This document shows, piece by piece, positions 50,676 through 60,451 of a stretch of DNA of 64,000 bases. The notes under the pieces were generated by a model. The model was not told the DNA's origin, did not search any database, and saw nothing but the letters and a program-made list of their open reading frames with translations. How positions within the stretch are numbered: the stretch's first letter is position 1; every line of letters starts with the position of its first letter. Position numbers and translations under genes: made by a program. The stretch lies in sequence record MW349128.1, one strand, 5' to 3'.

Positions 50676-51410
50676 ATGGAGGATAATGAATATATGTATA
50701 CAGAAGATGAAATGAATACAGGTCATATAGTTGCGGATTGTGATGAAGTTTTAGTCAATATATCGCCAAAGATAGTTCAATTAATGCATGAAGATTATGA
50801 ATATTATAATCAATTCTTTAGATTATCTGAAGATTTTGATTATAATAAACATTATGATGTAATATTAAGTAGACCTGAATACTATATAGATCAATGGTTA
50901 GTTAGAAAAGATGTTTATAATAACTTTTCAGAAAAAGAAGTTAATGAAGCAAGAGAAAGACTACAAAATGAAATTATATTTAAAAAAGATTTATATGATG
51001 AACTTCAACCAACTAATTTAGGTAGAAGTTTATCATATACCATTAATACACCGTTAATGAATAAATTAACTATCGTTACTAAAACTTCAGATAATAATCT
51101 AAAATCTAAAGAGAAGTTTTTAAAAACTTTATTTAGAGGAAGTATGGATAAAGTTGATATATTCTACTTAGAACCAGATGAGAAAAAATCTGATGTGATT
51201 AATTCTTTAGGATATGTTACTAGAATATATGAAGATGAAGTAAGTAATATTAGTGATATTATAAAGAACTGTCAAAATGTAACACAAACAGGAATTGATA
51301 TTCCTTCATTGGGATATAATCAAGATATCGATGAAGGAACGATATTAAAAGCTAAAGAAAAGAAAATTGATTTAAACTATTTCAGTTATATGGGACAAAG
51401 TATTAAATAA
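50676..51410 (+). CDS. HAD-superfamily phosphatase, 5'-deoxyribonucleotidase-like
   Basis: Motif I IVADCDEVL, motif II LTIVT, motif IV IYEDEVSNI. Confidence 0.55.
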   Translation: MEDNEYMYTEDEMNTGHIVADCDEVLVNISPKIVQLMHEDYEYYNQFFRLSEDFDYNKHYDVILSRPEYYIDQWLVRKDVYNNFSEKEVNEARERLQNEIIFKKDLYDELQPTNLGRSLSYTINTPLMNKLTIVTKTSDNNLKSKEKFLKTLFRGSMDKVDIFYLEPDEKKSDVINSLGYVTRIYEDEVSNISDIIKNCQNVTQTGIDIPSLGYNQDIDEGTILKAKEKKIDLNYFSYMGQSIK

Positions 51411-51416
51411 ACAAAT

Positions 51417-51452
51417 AATCCATGTTTGACAAATTCAAGTCAAACATGGATT
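51417..51452 (+). terminator. Intrinsic terminator
   Basis: AATCCATGTTTGAC-loop-GTCAAACATGGATT + T-rich tail. Confidence 0.8.
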
Positions 51453-51508
51453 TATTATAATTTTTTTTTTATAAAAATTGACATTGAGGAAGGAAATTAA
51501 AATGAAAA

Positions 51509-51802
51509 ATGGACATTAAAGATTTCATAATAGTTTTTTCTTTATTCTATCTTATTTTAGTTGCTATACCGTCTGTAATATTCTTAAGTAAAATTAATTA
51601 CAAAAAGAGTAATAAAATTATTATATTATTCTTTAATATAATAATCGTTTTATTTATATGTATTACTGTATTACTGTATAATTTATTTAATAAAGAAGAT
51701 AATAAAGAATCACTAAAATATTATAATAAAGAAGAAAATATAATAGATTATTATATCGAAAAAGATATTAATCCATTATTAAAAGAAAGTGATGTGAAAT
51801 AG
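51509..51802 (+). CDS. Small membrane protein, two TM helices
   Basis: Two hydrophobic stretches. Confidence 0.7.
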   Translation: MDIKDFIIVFSLFYLILVAIPSVIFLSKINYKKSNKIIILFFNIIIVLFICITVLLYNLFNKEDNKESLKYYNKEENIIDYYIEKDINPLLKESDVK

Positions 51803-51805
51803 TAA

Positions 51806-53792
51806 ATGAAAGTAGATATGATAGATATTGAACAAGTCATAACTGATACAAATGCTAAAGAAGTAACCAATCCTGTATTTTTCGATTCAGGTATACTACC
51901 AAAAGAAGATGGTTTATTTTCATATGATATATTTGGTTTAATAGGTACTCCTGAAAGAAAAACCAATTTAGGTTGGATTAATTTAAAGGATAAATACCTT
52001 AATCCGGTGGCTTATAAAGCATTAAAAGATTTAGATAAAAATATTGAACTATGTATTCAGGGTTCAGAGTATTTTAAAGTAGAAAAAGGTCAATTAGTTC
52101 CTTCAGAAGATGGAGATACTGGACTGAATTTCTTATATGAAGTATTTGATGATTTAAAATTTAGAAAGAATGATTCTCGTATTAGATCTGAAAAAATTGA
52201 TATGATTAAAAATACAGATAAGCAAAAAATATTTGTAGATAAATGGCTAGTAATACCTGCTTTTTATAGAGACTTTAATCCTAATGAAACTTCAGGAGAA
52301 ATTCAAGATACTGAAGAAGTTAATAATATGTATTCTTCTATTATACGTTCTGTAGATGCTATTAGTTTTAATTCTTTTGGTTTTATTGCTAACAGTACTA
52401 AATATAATATACAAAATACATTATTTGAAATATATCAGAAATTTACTTCAGGAGAATTATCAGGTAAAACTGGTTTTATGCAAAAACGTATATTGGGTAA
52501 AACAGTAGATAATAGTACTCGTGCAGTTATTTCTTCACCTAAAATTAATTCGAATAGATGGGATGAAATGCAGATAGAGTTTGGTGAGTTAGGTGTACCA
52601 TTAACTCAATTAGTTACCTTATTTTTACCATTCTTTAATAAGTATATAATTGATTTTATTGAACTTCATAAAGATGCTTTCCAAACAGCTACTGGAAATG
52701 ATGAGAAAGAATTATCATTAGAAGAAGTGTATGAACAATTCGATGATAAATCTATTAAGAATATGCTAGAATTCTTTATTAAAGATCCTAATGAAAGATT
52801 TAGTCCTATATATGTAAATGATAGAGAAGGTAAACGCCATAAAGTTAAATTATTTGAAAAAACTTTGGGTAGAGATTTTACTGTAATTGATTTACTTTAT
52901 ATTGCTGCAACCGAAATAGTAGAAGATAAGCATGTTATGTATTCAAGATATCCGATTAATAAAATGGTCGCTGCTTAAAGTGATTTAAGTTGATAAACAT
53001 TGTTAATTGCTGAAATACTATTAATAAAGTTAATCAGCATCAATTAAATATAATTGTTCAACGACTAAATGCAATGATACTATTTAATAGTATATAATAT
53101 AGTCTAATTTATATAATACTTATATAAATATAATAAATGCGAAAATTTCTTGAACGTAGCACCTGCTAAAATTAAAATATTAACTACTGTTGATACTATT
53201 CCAGAAATAATTTTAGATGATATAGTATTAAAAGATTACCCTAAAGTAGTAAGAGAGTATCCTGTTGATGAAGATATTTTCTTAGATACTGCAATCATAC
53301 ACAATTCATATGCTCAAGCACTTGGTGCAGATTTTGATGGCAAAATTTTATATTACCATCATTAAATAATATTAATTGCTGGAAAATCTAATAAGATAAT
53401 CAGCATCAACTTAATAAAAGTTGTTCAACGACTAAATATATTACTAAAGAAGATATAGTCTAATTATATGTAAATACATGTATATAAAATGGATATGATT
53501 TCAATACGCTCTTTATGGTCTGTAGAAGCAAATAAAGAAGCTGATAAACTTATTAATAAGAAAACTAATTACTTAAACTACACAGGAAATAGTATACGTG
53601 GAGTTGGTAATGAGAGTAAGTTTGTATGCTCTCAATAAATTTCATTAATTGCTGGAAAAACAAAATTAATCAGCATCAACTTAATAAAAGTTGTTCAACG
53701 ACTAAATATGAAAATGATTTAAATATCATAAGATATAGTCTAATTATCATAAATATATGGTACAAGCTTTATATTCTTTAACTAAAGAATAA
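51806..53792 (+). CDS. Phage multisubunit RNA polymerase beta-prime fragment with catalytic DFDGD, spliced: join(51806..52956,53140..53341,53492..53617,53760..53792), 503 aa
   Basis: DGLFSYDIFG, LSGKTGFMQKRILGKTVDNSTRAVISSP; splicing gives SRYPI|ENF, GADFDG|DMISIR, GNES|VQALYSLTKE*. Confidence 0.88.
52957..53139 (+). ncRNA. ORF-less mini group I intron rpoC-I1 (183 nt)
   Basis: P1 CGAU/GUCG; P2 with GUGA loop; P3 CATTGT/GCAATG; P7; ends in G. Confidence 0.88.
53342..53491 (+). ncRNA. ORF-less mini group I intron rpoC-I2 (150 nt), C-A 5' splice site
   Basis: Splits DFDG|D; P1 GAUGGC/ACCAUC; P10 GAUAUG/UAUAUU; core motifs present; P8 vestigial. Confidence 0.85.
53618..53759 (+). ncRNA. ORF-less mini group I intron rpoC-I3 (142 nt)
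   Basis: P1 UGAGAGU/GCUCUCA; P10 GUACAAG/UUUGUAU; P3 TTTCAT/ATGAAA; P7; ends in G. Confidence 0.9.
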
Positions 53793-53803
53793 TTTAAAAA
53801 TTC

Positions 53804-53834
53804 AGAGTAACGGTCTAATATAGATCGTTACTCT
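53804..53834 (+). terminator. Hairpin after the RNAP gene
   Basis: AGAGTAACGGTCTA-ata-TAGATCGTTACTCT; its position just after stop 53792 supports the last exon. Confidence 0.7.
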
Positions 53835-53866
53835 TATTATATTGCTTTTATACAAAATACTTATTT

Positions 53867-53879
53867 AAATATATATTAT
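53867..53879 (+). promoter_or_regulatory. Putative early promoter motif
   Basis: AAATATATATTAT heading the tag-gene array. Confidence 0.55.
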
Positions 53880-53912
53880 AAAATAGAAGTATATTAAAAT
53901 ACAAAAGGAGAA

Positions 53913-54545
53913 GTGATTATTTTGAATATTAATGATTATAGATATTTTAAAATGGATGATGGATTAATGCAAATCCATAAAGATAAAATTAAAGGAAATA
54001 TTACAGACTTGATAGGAATGTTGCATATTGATGTAGATCGTATCAAGGAAGATAATTTTCTAAATTTAGGTTTAGAAAGATTAAATATAAATATTTCTTT
54101 TGATAATCTTGAATTGGTATGGGAAAATATAAAATTTCAATTTAGTTTGTCGATAATTATTTTTGCTGAAAAACAAGAAAATGAATTAAATGAATATACA
54201 AGTAGTATAAGATTTTTTTATGATAATGAAGAAAGACAAATGGAGAGTGATAGATTTAAAAAACTTATATTAAATGTTGATTATATAAAAAATTTTGTAA
54301 GTTTAATGGTAGATGATAAAGAAATCGATGATTTAACAATTTCTATTTTTAATTATGATAAAAATGATTTTCATTTAAAATGTTCTGATATTGTAATTAG
54401 ATACTTATACGATTTAGAAAGAAGATTTAATGATAAAGGTTATGATTTGTTATTAAATGGTAAGAATATAAATGAATTAGAAGACAATGAAGAAAAAGAT
54501 ATTGATAAGATTAAGAAATATTTAGTGAAAGAAAATTTTAAATAA
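53913..54545 (+). CDS. C-terminal-tag family protein 1
   Basis: Ends DIDKIKKYLVKENFK*. Confidence 0.8.
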   Translation: MIILNINDYRYFKMDDGLMQIHKDKIKGNITDLIGMLHIDVDRIKEDNFLNLGLERLNINISFDNLELVWENIKFQFSLSIIIFAEKQENELNEYTSSIRFFYDNEERQMESDRFKKLILNVDYIKNFVSLMVDDKEIDDLTISIFNYDKNDFHLKCSDIVIRYLYDLERRFNDKGYDLLLNGKNINELEDNEEKDIDKIKKYLVKENFK

Positions 54546-54556
54546 GGAATGATAAA

Positions 54557-55219
54557 ATGGATAATATAAAAGTATACAATAATACAATAACTAATCAAAA
54601 ATTTTCTTTAGATAATAATGAAATTGATAATGGTAGATTCTTATATAAAGCTATGGAACAAGTAACAAATAAAAATCAAAAGAATATTGAATTTCTTGAT
54701 AGTAGTTTTCTAGTAAATAATATGCAGATGAATTTCCATTTTTATATTTACTCGGATTTTATTATAAACTTTAAAAATCTAACTGGAAAAGATAAAAATA
54801 TATTAATTAATGGTAATAATTCTGATATAACAAGGGCTTCATTTGTCTGTTTTTATGACAATATTGATAATGAAAGAATATTCCAAATTTATCTAAAAAC
54901 AAAGAAATCTAAAAAGATAAGAAATATATTAAAAGATTATGAAAGTGAGAAATATTTAATTGAAAGAATAATGTTAATTGGTGAAGATATATCTTTTAAA
55001 GTAGATTTTAAAAAAGAATATTTAGATAGTATAGAAGATAATGAATATAAGTCTTTAGACAGTTTGATTCACTATATATTAAAAGATATGTTAATTAATA
55101 TAGATGGAGAATTTATACCTTTTATGGAATTTATTAAAAATTATCTTTATTCTATATCTAAAGAAATTACTGATGAAAAAGAAATTAAGAAATATTTAAT
55201 TAAAGAAAATTTTAAATAA
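54557..55219 (+). CDS. C-terminal-tag family protein 2
   Basis: Ends EITDEKEIKKYLIKENFK*. Confidence 0.8.
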   Translation: MDNIKVYNNTITNQKFSLDNNEIDNGRFLYKAMEQVTNKNQKNIEFLDSSFLVNNMQMNFHFYIYSDFIINFKNLTGKDKNILINGNNSDITRASFVCFYDNIDNERIFQIYLKTKKSKKIRNILKDYESEKYLIERIMLIGEDISFKVDFKKEYLDSIEDNEYKSLDSLIHYILKDMLINIDGEFIPFMEFIKNYLYSISKEITDEKEIKKYLIKENFK

Positions 55220-55236
55220 TGGAGTTGAAATAGATA

Positions 55237-55722
55237 ATGATATATTACAAAAATAAAGTAAATGGTGAAATATATGAAGTTAATAATATTCATAGAAAAG
55301 ATGATGCTTTTTATTATGTGTTTGGTAATGAATTTAAAAAAGAGAATTCGTCTTTTTATAGATCTGATGGTAAAAAGATTGACCTATATGATGAAGATGT
55401 AGGAAGTATAAAATTGGAGTTTTTCTTAATTTACGGTTTTATTAATCTTCATTTAACTACGCACATTTCTTGGGATCTTAATAGTATTCCTTTTATACCT
55501 AAAAATATAGATTTAACAAACCAAAATCTTGTCATATCAGACTCTTCAATTGATCTTTATTATTTATTTTATAAAAGATTATGTTATGCGATAGATGTAA
55601 ATATGACACATTATAATATTCCATTAGAAAAATTTAATTTTGATAATGAAGATATATTTGAAATAATTTCAGAAGATTGCAAAGAAGTAAAAGATTTTAA
55701 AGTTAGAAATCATTTTAAATAA
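55237..55722 (+). CDS. C-terminal-tag family protein 3
   Basis: Ends EIISEDCKEVKDFKVRNHFK*. Confidence 0.8.
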   Translation: MIYYKNKVNGEIYEVNNIHRKDDAFYYVFGNEFKKENSSFYRSDGKKIDLYDEDVGSIKLEFFLIYGFINLHLTTHISWDLNSIPFIPKNIDLTNQNLVISDSSIDLYYLFYKRLCYAIDVNMTHYNIPLEKFNFDNEDIFEIISEDCKEVKDFKVRNHFK

Positions 55723-55735
55723 GGAGGAATTATTA

Positions 55736-56407
55736 ATGGAAGGTTATGATTTTGATTTATATATAACAAATAGGGATTTGAAAGATAATCATTTTATGAA
55801 AATAAATAAAGATAGGTATAATAATGATAGAGACTATATTGAAAGAGTAAATACTATCAATATGATAAAATTATTAACTCATGTCTCTTATCCTGATTAT
55901 GAAAATATTATATCATTTAATGTTGACTGTAAACTGAAATTAAGAGGTTTTAATGATTATAAAGATATTAAGTTATCTTATTATCAAGAAGTAGAATCAA
56001 AATCAACTATTATTGCCGGAATATCATTTGTAAAAACTGAATTAAATTTAATAAGTAAAGAGAAAGATAATAGATATCTAACAGATGAATTATTGTATGA
56101 GTATGATATGATGAAAATAAATACAAGTATAAATAATAAACTTAATACAATTAAATTAACTAAAAATGAAGCCACTGCTTTGAATAGTATTAGTCAGAGA
56201 AGTCCTAAATTTCATTTATCACTTGATAAGTTTAGAAGAGAATTCTTAAAGATGATAACTGAATTAAATAAGTATGAAGATATACAGTTTTTAATTGATG
56301 GAACGTATTATAGTTTAGAAGATATCAATTTATACAATAAAGATTTATTTAGAACTGCTACTGATAAGGAATTCAAGAATTATTTAGTTAAAGAAGGATT
56401 TAGATAA
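55736..56407 (+). CDS. C-terminal-tag family protein 4
   Basis: Ends TATDKEFKNYLVKEGFR*. Confidence 0.8.
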   Translation: MEGYDFDLYITNRDLKDNHFMKINKDRYNNDRDYIERVNTINMIKLLTHVSYPDYENIISFNVDCKLKLRGFNDYKDIKLSYYQEVESKSTIIAGISFVKTELNLISKEKDNRYLTDELLYEYDMMKINTSINNKLNTIKLTKNEATALNSISQRSPKFHLSLDKFRREFLKMITELNKYEDIQFLIDGTYYSLEDINLYNKDLFRTATDKEFKNYLVKEGFR

Positions 56408-56418
56408 AAAAGTGTATT

Positions 56419-56431
56419 AAATATATATTAT
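56419..56431 (+). promoter_or_regulatory. Putative early promoter motif
   Basis: AAATATATATTAT. Confidence 0.55.
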
Positions 56432-56443
56432 AAAAATGAGATA

Positions 56444-57145
56444 ATGAATCTAACAGAGTTCATTATCTCTAATAATATCTTAAATAGAGGAGATGAAGTT
56501 AATATGGATAATAATGAATATATAAATAATCATGAATTCTATAAAGTTGATAGTAGAGGACAAATAATAGTAACTAATAAAGATGTTACTAAAGATGAAT
56601 TAAATGTTAATCTATTCAAAGAATTATTTAATTTTAATAATGTTAAGAAAAAAATAGATGAAATTGGTTTATTTTCATTAAAAACCAATAGTATTTTGAT
56701 AAGGGACAAAAATACTTATTACAGAACTAAGAATTCTTATATAGATATAACAGACATGTGCAATAATAATTATTTTGAATTATATTTTGTATTTTCATTA
56801 TTAGATAAAAATGAAAATGGATGCAAGAATATAGGACCTTTTAAAAGTTCAATTAGCAGTCAAGTATTTTCATATACAGCTAAAATTCAAATTAAAAATA
56901 GAGACAATTTGGAACATGAATTAATTTCAAATATAATTGATCTCTTTAGTAGTAAAAAAGAAACAAATTTAATAATATATACAGTTGATTCAGTAGAGGA
57001 TGATATTGATTTTATGACAAGTCGAGAATTTAAGAAAGATTTAATTTTAGAAGAATATACACTCGATGAAATATACAAGGTCTTAGAAAAATTAGAAAGT
57101 GAAAAAGAAATTAAACAATACTTAGTTAAAGAAAATTTTAAATAG
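56444..57145 (+). CDS. C-terminal-tag family protein 5 (start possibly 56504)
   Basis: Ends LESEKEIKQYLVKENFK*. Confidence 0.8.
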   Translation: MNLTEFIISNNILNRGDEVNMDNNEYINNHEFYKVDSRGQIIVTNKDVTKDELNVNLFKELFNFNNVKKKIDEIGLFSLKTNSILIRDKNTYYRTKNSYIDITDMCNNNYFELYFVFSLLDKNENGCKNIGPFKSSISSQVFSYTAKIQIKNRDNLEHELISNIIDLFSSKKETNLIIYTVDSVEDDIDFMTSREFKKDLILEEYTLDEIYKVLEKLESEKEIKQYLVKENFK

Positions 57146-57151
57146 AGAGGA

Positions 57152-57697
57152 GTGAAATATATGGATTTAAAAAATTCTAGATTTTTAAGAAAAAGTAAAC
57201 ATCATAAAATAATACAATTTAAGCATAATAATATAAATAATGATCATGTATTAGGATTATCTTTATTAATATTATTTACTAATGTTTATATAAGAAGTGA
57301 TTCTGATGATATTAGTATTTATGATTATTTATCAAATGTATACATGAAAATAGATGGTTATTTAAAAGGTCCTTTATCAATAACGCATGGAGACAATAAT
57401 AGCGTATTAGTATATTCTAGAATTAGATTACCATTAGATCTATTTAAATTAAGAGAATACAATGTTAATACTAGATTATACACATATATTCTTCTTGATA
57501 ATTATGAAACTGATAAAGGAGATTTAATTCAATCCGTTGTTAATGCTTCTGATTATATTATTAAGAATGATAGAATTAAATTAAAAATAATTATTGATGG
57601 AATTGAAAAAGATATTGGTGGTATATTAAAATACTTTGATGAAGTTAAAGATGAAAAAGAAATTAAGAAATATTTAGTAGAAAAAAATTTTAAATAA
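57152..57697 (+). CDS. C-terminal-tag family protein 6
   Basis: Ends EVKDEKEIKKYLVEKNFK*. Confidence 0.8.
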   Translation: MKYMDLKNSRFLRKSKHHKIIQFKHNNINNDHVLGLSLLILFTNVYIRSDSDDISIYDYLSNVYMKIDGYLKGPLSITHGDNNSVLVYSRIRLPLDLFKLREYNVNTRLYTYILLDNYETDKGDLIQSVVNASDYIIKNDRIKLKIIIDGIEKDIGGILKYFDEVKDEKEIKKYLVEKNFK

Positions 57698-58332
57698 TGA
57701 AAGAGGTAATTAAAATGAATGAATCATTATATGTATCTGATATTTTAGAATATAGTTTCATTGATAAAAAGAGTCTTTCTAGAAAAGAATTATTTGATAT
57801 ATCTTTTGATCAATTTTTCAAACATCCAGGCTGTACTGGTTATGATGTTAAAAATGTTCGTCTTTGGATAAATTCTATGGATGGTCTAATTCTAAGATTC
57901 GGTTATGATATGAATAATCTTTTTTATGTAAATGAATTTGATCTTTTCGTAGATAAAAATGATGGTCAATATGAATTTAGTTTTGTATTAGATATTCCAG
58001 CGTTTTCAAAAAAAGAAGTTCACTGTGAAATAGGACCTTTTGTATCTAGAGAAGGTGAAATTGAATTTTATTTTAATGATACAGAAATATATACTGAAGG
58101 AAAAACTTTACTAGACAAAGCTAAAGAATACTTGACTAGAGATATATTTAATAAAAATGGTTCTGCATTTAATGTCTTTTCATTAAATAACGAAGACAAT
58201 ATTCATGATTACAAAATAAGTAAAGAGGATATAAAAGAAATCTATAATTTAAATATTATAGATGAACTATTTAAAGAAGTAACGGATGAAAAGGAAATTA
58301 AAAATTACTTAGTCAAGAAAGGTTTTGAATAA
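57697..58332 (+). CDS. C-terminal-tag family protein 7 (start possibly 57715)
   Basis: Ends EVTDEKEIKNYLVKKGFE*. Confidence 0.8.
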   Translation: MKEVIKMNESLYVSDILEYSFIDKKSLSRKELFDISFDQFFKHPGCTGYDVKNVRLWINSMDGLILRFGYDMNNLFYVNEFDLFVDKNDGQYEFSFVLDIPAFSKKEVHCEIGPFVSREGEIEFYFNDTEIYTEGKTLLDKAKEYLTRDIFNKNGSAFNVFSLNNEDNIHDYKISKEDIKEIYNLNIIDELFKEVTDEKEIKNYLVKKGFE

Positions 58333-59011
58333 TATGATTGATTTTAAATTATACAAAAATATAGATAATGGAAAATATATAGAAGCAAAAGATGGTATAG
58401 AAAAATATATTAGATCTTTTTCATTTATTAACTATGTGGATGATAATCTATACTTAGTGAAGCATGAAAAATATACAAAAGACGACTATATATTGAGACA
58501 TCAAGGAATGACTAGAAATTTCATTGTAATTAATCACAATAACATTATGTATAGAATAAAACACATAGAATTGACTATTCGGTTGAAGCTTAATCATGAA
58601 GCTATAATTAATATTAAACTTACACCTACAGCTGCAACTCTTAATAAATTTGAAAGTGTTGGAAATTTCACAAAAGTAAGAAACTTATTTTATAACCGGA
58701 AATTATTTAAATATGAAAATTATCCTAAATTTGAATATGATTATAAAGAAGAAGATCAGATTTTCTTTAGTGAAATGTTTGAAGCGGTATTAAAAGAAAT
58801 TGAAAATGATGATATTGATTTTTATGTAATTAATGAAGAAATTATAGAAGAATTTGAAGAAAATAAGAATAAAATAAAACTAGAAAATTTCTCGAAGTAT
58901 AAAGATGGTACATTAGAAGATTATAATATATTAAATTTCAGTAAGAAATTTATTGAAATTAAAGATGAGAAAGAAATTAAAAACTATTTAGTAAATAAAA
59001 ACTTTAGGTAA
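58325..59011 (+). CDS. C-terminal-tag family protein 8
   Basis: Ends EIKDEKEIKNYLVNKNFR*. Confidence 0.8.
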   Translation: MNNMIDFKLYKNIDNGKYIEAKDGIEKYIRSFSFINYVDDNLYLVKHEKYTKDDYILRHQGMTRNFIVINHNNIMYRIKHIELTIRLKLNHEAIINIKLTPTAATLNKFESVGNFTKVRNLFYNRKLFKYENYPKFEYDYKEEDQIFFSEMFEAVLKEIENDDIDFYVINEEIIEEFEENKNKIKLENFSKYKDGTLEDYNILNFSKKFIEIKDEKEIKNYLVNKNFR

Positions 59012-59057
59012 TTTAATTAACTTACTTTTATAATATATGAAAGAAGTGATTAACTAA

Positions 59058-59843
59058 ATGTCTAATGAAAATAACGGAATTGATTTAATTTCACAAATTA
59101 ATGATATGATGGAAGAATATAAAATGCTAGTTGGATTTAAATCTAAAATGGAACGTAAAGAAATTCAATTAGAAGAAAGAATTAGAGATTTAACTAAGAA
59201 TCTGAAATATCCTAAACATACATTTGTATCTAATATGGAAGCTAATATTATTAGTGTAGAAAAAGAAATTAAAGACACTATTATGCAAATGAAAAATGTT
59301 AAAAAAGATATTATTGACTTAACTATGAAAGCTCAGAAAATGGCTGAAGATGATGAATCTGAAGATAACTATAAAGTGCTTGCTAAAAATGTACTTAGTC
59401 AGCTTAATAATATGTCTAATAAAGATATATTAAACAGCATGACAGAAAATGAAGAAGATACTGCTGAAGATGAAGAAGATTTGAAAGATAAATTAGATCA
59501 AACTTTAGAAAATCTAAATAAAGATATAGATGAAGATGAAAAAGAAATTGAAAAAAGAGAGGAATTACAAAAAGAAGTTAATGAACTTAAACATCAAGAC
59601 TTAGCTTCTATTTTAAAAGTATATAAAGGCACATTGCAATTCTTTGTATTAGGTGATACTCCAAATGAATATGAACTAGTAATTGCTGATAATGAAATGA
59701 ATATCATTGAAGAAGATGAGCTTGAAGATGAATATCCAGAATTATTTACTATGACTAGAGATCTTATCTTTGAAGATGTTGAAGGTAATGATGAAATAGT
59801 TAAAGATGAATTTGGAAATATTTATCAAAAAGCAGAATTTTAG
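59058..59843 (+). CDS. Acidic coiled-coil hypothetical protein, 261 aa
   Basis: Long ORF, no tag. Confidence 0.8.
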   Translation: MSNENNGIDLISQINDMMEEYKMLVGFKSKMERKEIQLEERIRDLTKNLKYPKHTFVSNMEANIISVEKEIKDTIMQMKNVKKDIIDLTMKAQKMAEDDESEDNYKVLAKNVLSQLNNMSNKDILNSMTENEEDTAEDEEDLKDKLDQTLENLNKDIDEDEKEIEKREELQKEVNELKHQDLASILKVYKGTLQFFVLGDTPNEYELVIADNEMNIIEEDELEDEYPELFTMTRDLIFEDVEGNDEIVKDEFGNIYQKAEF

Positions 59844-59851
59844 ATTATTTT

Positions 59852-59884
59852 GCCCATAATATATCGCATTAATATATTATGGGT
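59852..59884 (+). terminator. Hairpin, probable terminator
   Basis: GCCCATAATATAT ... ATATATTATGGGT. Confidence 0.65.
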
Positions 59885-59911
59885 ATTTATTATATAGGAG
59901 ATGAATTAAAT

Positions 59912-60037
59912 ATGTTAAAAAGATTATATGAATTATTAACTAGAAAAAGATTTGAAAAGAAACTATATGAATTTAAATTTAGTTATCAAGACCATGAGCA
60001 TCTTAATGAAGTTCATGAATTTAGTAAAAACAATTAA
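59912..60037 (+). CDS. Small protein, 41 aa (below the ORF-track cutoff)
   Basis: AGGAG SD; MLKRLYELLTRKRFEKKLYEFKFSYQDHEHLNEVHEFSKNN*. Confidence 0.6.
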   Translation: MLKRLYELLTRKRFEKKLYEFKFSYQDHEHLNEVHEFSKNN

Positions 60038-60040
60038 GGA

Positions 60041-60451
60041 GTGATATTATTGCTATCAGAATACAGATTAAATAGTAATAAAGAAAATATTAAACAACTA
60101 TTAAGAGATTATGGTTTTAGAAAAGATTCTTATACTAAAGCGTTATTATATAGAAAGCGTGTGACTGATCCAAATGATATTTTGTTCATAGAAGCTGAAG
60201 TGGTTATTGAAACTAATTCAGATCTAGTTAAATTAAATTATTATGATAATAAACATAATAGATTTAATCCTTCTAATGAATCGCCAGAGGTTCAAAAAGG
60301 TTTAAGTATATTAGAAGACATGAAAGAAAAAGAATTATTAATTGAACCAGAATTAACTCAAAATAAAGAAGAAAAAGAAGTTCTTGATAGACTTAAAGAA
60401 CAACGTGAAGAAATGGAAAATGGACAAGTATCACCTAATTCTGAAGATTAG
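60041..60451 (+). CDS. Hypothetical protein, 136 aa
   Basis: AGGAG SD overlapping the upstream stop. Confidence 0.75.
   Translation: MILLLSEYRLNSNKENIKQLLRDYGFRKDSYTKALLYRKRVTDPNDILFIEAEVVIETNSDLVKLNYYDNKHNRFNPSNESPEVQKGLSILEDMKEKELLIEPELTQNKEEKEVLDRLKEQREEMENGQVSPNSED

Noticed and set aside
46407-53792. Inteins in polB, rpoC, nrdE or the helicase
   Set aside because: No C/S...HN-C/S/T junctions or LAGLIDADG blocks; all insertions contain stops and are RNA-level
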